Shown here: positions 58,831 to 64,000 of the stretch, piece after piece | Layout of the letters: each line of letters starts with the position of its first letter | Position numbering within the stretch: the stretch's first letter is position 1 | NCBI GenBank assembly: GCA_905178155.1 | Contig: CAJINV010000007.1 | Coordinates: forward strand, 4,172,265-4,236,264 | Length of the DNA: 64,000 nucleotides | Source of the DNA: Amoebophrya sp. A120 | Taxonomy: Eukaryota > Protista > Dinoflagellata | Direction of reading: 5' to 3' | Program-made: the position numbers and the translations under genes | The notes under the pieces: model-generated | Databases searched by the model: none | Told to the model about the DNA's origin: nothing | Seen by the model: the letters and a program-made list of their open reading frames with translations, nothing else

Positions 58831-60124
58831 GGAGGATTCGGATTAGTTGGTTGTGCATCAAAGATTTTGATGGACAAGAAATCTTCGTAGTCACCGTTGC
58901 ACACGTGAACATCATCACGACGAAGAAGAGCGAAACAAAGATCAGTAAGCTTTTGCGCTTCATTCCTTCGACCATAAAATGATTGATCATCATCATGTCG
59001 ATCATATAGTACATCTTAATAATCTTTTCGCTTTCATCTTTTACGCGTACTCACTGTATCTATTCACTCCGTTTAACATTGCAATTTCGACCACGCAGCT
59101 CTTGCGATTTTATTTTTAGCTGTTGGATCAGTTTCTGTAGAATTCGATATTGGCATACTAGGATAGACGAGAAGTAAGGACACTAACAAGCGCAAGTCCG
59201 TACTTTTTCCCTTGTTTTCCGAGCGTCTCGCGGCAGACGCTGCTGGCTAGTAATTGTTGTATCAGTCCAGATGATGGCAACCAGTAGCACGAATCTAAAA
59301 ATTCTGTATCAAATGGTTTCCGCAGAAGAGCTTACCAACCATAACCAAGCGGAATTCACCTTTTCATCATCATAGAAGGTCGGTAAGATTTCTGTTTGAA
59401 GTTCTCCGAATTCGCATCTTGCTCCCGATATGAAAGACGTGACTGACTAAATTGATCTCAAGCTCCTGCAACAAAAGTCCTCGGTCTGAGTCGGAATCGG
59501 AAATACGATAACAGGCGACTTCATCAGGAATTCTACATGATCACAACATTGTTGATGATTTTCTGAGGTCTGCTCGGTTCAGATTTGTAATGTGTACAAG
59601 AAAAAAAATTATCTTGACTCGATCGAAAAATAGAATTTCAAATCAAAGCTAGCGGGCAATGATGATCATGTTACTATAGCAGTAACTCCGACATCTTGAA
59701 AAATTCGCAAGAAATCTGCCTCGGTATCTTGTTCATCTTTTTGCATTGAAGTCGTGACAATGATCATAAATGTAAATCATTGTGACTTTGTATAAATATA
59801 CAAATATTTTCGGTTCGATTTGCCGGCCGCCTGACCCTTGCTGAACCAAAAGACCACGCTTGAAATTTCCTCGAACGAACACACAGCAAAAAAGCGCAAA
59901 CATCTCCTCCTCCAATAGTGGCACCTCCCGCTCGACTTTTGAAAACTCACCTTTCCCGCAGTTTTTAACCGCACGGATCCAAGACAATCTTTTGCTGCCT
60001 TCAGAACTACACAACCAAGAATAAACTTTTAACAAAAGAAACTCGTACTCAACCCACCTAATAAAGACTACAAGTTACCTTCTAACTGTCGTACTACCCG
60101 ACACATTTTCTACCCAAAATCAAG

Positions 60125-63082
60125 ATGGTGAAGTCCAACGAGCAGACCAAGGCGCGCTATTACGCCGCCGGGCAGGCCCCGGAGCCGCAGGTGGTTGTGG
60201 TAGAGGCCCCGACGCCCCGCTACTACCGCGCGGCCCGGGACACGGCGGGCTCGCAGACGCTGCTCCGTGTGGGCATTTCCGTGACCCAGGGGCTGGTGTC
60301 ATTCTTTAGTTCCTTCTACCTCTTCCTGCTCATCTGGGGCGCACGCATGGACATGACCTACGTCGCTGGCTGGATGCGGGACGGTATGAAGTCCGGTAAC
60401 GTTTTCAACTACTCCTTCATCAAGTATCTCTCCTACGGGTACGGCATATCCAGGAAAAAACCTGTGTAAGTGGAGTTTTGTGTAGCGGAAACACGATGCA
60501 GCACGATCATAGTTTTTACACTTGTCATGCGTAACGTAAACGTGCGTCATAGAGAAGTTGTAAGTGAGTAATTTATTTTTATTCGCACGCGTTTTCACGT
60601 ACAAGTAGAAGTACGACCTGCGCCGGATGACAATTTTGCGCCGTCATGCGGCCAGAGGACAGAGTTGTCATATTCATTGTTTCCATTCTCAAGGAAAGCA
60701 AAAGAGTATACACTAACACAACTTTTTCCCCGCATACGGCACCAAGGGTACGTAACGGTGAAACACGACAAGCTAGTATTTTTACCTCCGCCTGCTCTGG
60801 TCGGGGGAATACAGAAGCAGGGGACGCAATTTTAGAACGCGGAGACAGAATAGATTGAAATTATGGCTGCTGAATATCATGCATACGTAAATTGTTCTGT
60901 GACGTCAGGCGAGCTCCTCGCTTCTGTTTCATTTTTTCCTTGCATTTGCGTCACCGCATGAAACGAGGCGAGTTCAAAATTTTGTCTGCGATGAATACGT
61001 ACGAGAGTGTTTTCAAGGCCGCAAAACGAGTTTTATTTTTTTCTTTCGCCTCAACAGGGAGAGCGAAGAGGGAAATACTAGCTCAACATCTTTGCAAGGG
61101 CATACACGACAAGAGCCTCGAGCTCGACGGGCCTCTCCCAACTCCTGCGCAAGTCGGAGCAAAGCTGCAACAAGTGCTACAACAACTTGGTCTTTAGGCA
61201 TTGCAAATATGTCAGGCACTGGGTCCGGACGGTGGGAAGCTTGTCATGCTAAAAAAATAAAAAATAAAACAGAAAAATCATCTGTTGTGGTGCATAGTTA
61301 GCAAAAGATGCGCAGTTCTTGTGTCTCGGCGAGAAGTCCTGAAAACCCGCAGGAGCGGATCTTTTGTCATGCTCTGTGTGCATTCCAGTCCTTTACCTTC
61401 TTGCAAATCCGAGAAATGAATCGCAAATGTCTGCATTCTGCCCGACCCAGCCCTAAGATTTGCAGTGGATACACTTCCAGTTCCAGTTGGGCAAATTCCT
61501 TCCAATTTGGACACGAGTGTCGTCGTGAACTTCTTCACTGATGTGCAACGGAACATGTTCAATGTTTCAGTTGCCGAGGTTTGCATTCTGTTCGCCCTGG
61601 TGTTCATGCTGCAGATTGCCAAGTGCACCCCGCTGTTCCGTGACATGAAGAAGACGACTGGGCTTCTGGTCTTCCTGATCATCACCCTGGTTATGGTCTT
61701 CGTCTCCTTCGTCTTGGGCGTCGTCCGGTGGGCGCGCGTGGCGCAACTCTTCAGCGCGGAGAATGCGGTGATCTGGAACGAAGTTCGCGCGGGGAATATT
61801 TTCTCTCAGGCTCTTGCCATGTTTGGGGCTGCGATGTCGTACTTCGTTGGCAAGAATTATTCCCGTCCTTCGGTATCAAAACTGAAAAGTGCCCAACCCC
61901 CAGAAACGCGAAATCCTTTGCATTTTTTCCAAAGTTTATCTTCCTCATTATCTTGATGTTATTGTTATGTTTATCCTACTGACGAAGACGAACTTAAACT
62001 TGTAGTTTGCTTGCATGATGGAGCTGCGAGGCGTTTTGGTTCAGAATCTAGAAGGGAAGTAAGTAGCTGTAGTGAACTATGTCGAGCATGTTCCTCCGCC
62101 GTGCGTTGCCACAGGTCTTCGCTATAATTCATTCAGGATCGAGTTCGAAAATAGATACTCGGTGATGCTGCTACATGCAATATAGCAAATGTTTGTTCCC
62201 AGCACTGGGAACCACATCTTTTCCAATGCAGTCACTTATATCCGCTCTGGGGTACAACTAGGGGCGCTTTTCATTTTGATACTCGGCGGCTGACATGGTA
62301 GAGATCGGAAAAATCGACTACACCAAAATTCAGGCGAGCACAGGCATGCTCTGGCTCATGGAGGTCTGGATGCCGGTCACCTTCGTCACGTCCTTCATTC
62401 TCATTGTCTGGGGCTACTGCCTATCAAATGCAAAAGTGTCCTCTGGGTCTGGAAGATTCTAAACTTGTGATGCTGTCTCTGGGTTCGAAAAAAATTTGTA
62501 TTGCGTGACCAGCACGAGGAGTCTAGTTTGTGGTACGCGGGGAGGGCATTTGTCATGCGGAGTAGGCATCAGGAAGCCCTCTACAAATCTCTGACGCTAG
62601 GGCGTGCATTACAGACATCCTGGGTCATGCAAAATATGCATGCCAACCCGGCAATCTTCCAGACTCAGACACTTTTGCATTCGATACTGCCGCCTTCCGA
62701 AGGCCTACTCGCCGCAGCAGCGCTTCGAGTACCTGCGGTCCGAAGAGCCGTAATTGAACATGTTTATGCAATACAAATTTCCCGAAGCCGTACGCGTAAA
62801 TCTTATGAATTTCGGAAACTTGTTGAACATTATTTTTATCTTAGGGCGGCATATTGACACTTGTCCTTGTCGTCCTGAATAGGATTGAGCACACGTTTTG
62901 TCATGCAGAAACTGCATTGGTTAGTGTACGTGCGAGGGAAATTTGCTGTGGATACTGACTTGTGGGAGTTATGATTTTGTTGAGATTTGAAGTGTAGAAC
63001 CAACCTTTTGTTGCAGTTACAGAAGAAATACGGCGACCTAGCACAAATTCAAGGCGGAGTAGAAGTGAAAGTTCTTTGCTGA
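60125..63082 (+). CDS. Hypothetical multi-pass membrane protein
   Basis: Several hydrophobic segments; frame restored across introners at 60447, 61195, 61874 and 62422. The 3' end is ambiguous. Confidence 0.6.
60447..60736. mobile_element. Introner with G-like end
   Basis: TIR tatccaggaaaaaacctgtgtaagtg / cactaacacaactttttccccgcata. Direct repeat cggca. Confidence 0.85.
61195..61471. mobile_element. Diverged introner
   Basis: taggcattgcaaat…ctgggtc / gacccag…atttgcagtggata. Flanks gtctt/cactt. 277+5=282 nt, frame restored. Confidence 0.75.
61874..62281. mobile_element. Introner (singleton here)
   Basis: TIR tatcaaaactgaaaagtgccc / gggcgcttttcattttgata. Flanks ttcgg/ctcgg. Frame restored. 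Confidence 0.85.
62422..62686. mobile_element. Introner, family A
   Basis: Family A TIR; direct repeat ctgcc; 265+5=270 nt. Confidence 0.92.
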
Positions 63083-64000
63083 GAAAAAGTCTAAGTGATC
63101 AGTTTGTTTCTTTTGAAAGTGAAGCTATTCATTGCTACATAGTAAAGCTTACTACTCAGTGTTGTTTATGTTTTGGAGCAAACCAGCGGCGAATGTTTAT
63201 TTGAATGAATACGCCATAAAGTAGAAGGACAAGTTTTGGCTCCCTTTCCCTGATGCTGTCATGCAGCTGCAACATCACGCACACGTTCACGAGTACAGTT
63301 GTCCTAGGTGAGATGAACCACACATAGAGGAGATTTTCATGGAATTTTATCGAGAAGTTGATGTTTTGACCCAAAAGAAAAATGAGAGGCGGAGATGCTT
63401 TCTTCGAAGTTTTGATCTAGTAAAATCGACAGAAGATTGCTACAGGAGAAATCAACAATTCTGCGGCAAGAAAGCCGCCAGCTGTTTTTTTCTACCCGAC
63501 ACCCAAGCAGAGAAACACGACAGACCAGATCTAAGCTACTTTTCCTTTTGAAAATGGAAAATAAGAGCAACATCACAGCATTTATTTTCTAGTTGTACTA
63601 CTACCGGATGCTTTTTTTTGCTGGCGCATCATCGTCATCGCGAAGTAGCACTTGTAGAACTAGAACTAGAACAAGTAGAGCTGGGTCTTTTTGGAATGAA
63701 AAACTCAAGAAATAATGACACCAAGAAAGAGGAGCGCTAATGTGCTATCTTATCACATGCTTGAGCCATGGTTCATAGTTTTGTCGCACCATGCCCCCGA
63801 ACTAGCACTGCAGATCCTGTTCTTCAGTAGTACTTCTGAATCAAGTGTTAGAAGTACGTCGCAAGAACGTAATGCACCTGGTGACTTGTTGTAAGAGGAT
63901 TATGTTATCCTCGGCAATGGGAATGGCATGTAAGTTGTATGATGAACAATTATCATATATGTATGATGTATACGAAAGAAATGATGATGGGGGGGCAGAT

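Noticed and set aside
55700-58900. Minus-strand host gene explaining the inverted introners
   Set aside because: The + frame is continuous across the junctions with GT-AG introns on +, and no coherent minus-strand gene is seen.

Overview
Eukaryotic, gene-dense genomic DNA in which every recognisable gene lies on the + strand. The strand uniformity and the many non-GT-AG, inverted-repeat-bounded introns point to a syndinian dinoflagellate such as Amoebophrya (inference, no database search run). Host genes: a calpain-like protein, CLPTM1-like, a C2+PH protein, a PDZ protein, a possible BPI/TULIP-like protein, an intronless GH49 dextranase, an EML/HELP-WD40 protein, triosephosphate isomerase and three unknowns. 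Three mobile systems stand out. (1) At least 23 MITE-like 'introner' insertions from 7 or more families interrupt coding sequence. They run TA...TA with long TIRs and usually a 5-nt flanking direct repeat, and removing element+5 nt restores the frame in 22 of 23. Copies of one family occur in both orientations, even within one gene, and unrelated families share a TGTNATGC/GCATNACA motif. (2) A full-length Ty1/copia element (6284-12498) sits in a calpain intron, with gag and pol in one frame separated by a single TGA. (3) An apparently intact 8.3-kb tyrosine-recombinase retrotransposon (47088-55424) has an unusual layout: split direct repeats A1-B1A2-[ORFX, YR, gag, RT/RH]-B2, with the circle junction upstream of the ORFs and YR before gag. 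Exon boundaries were derived by hand and some are approximate.
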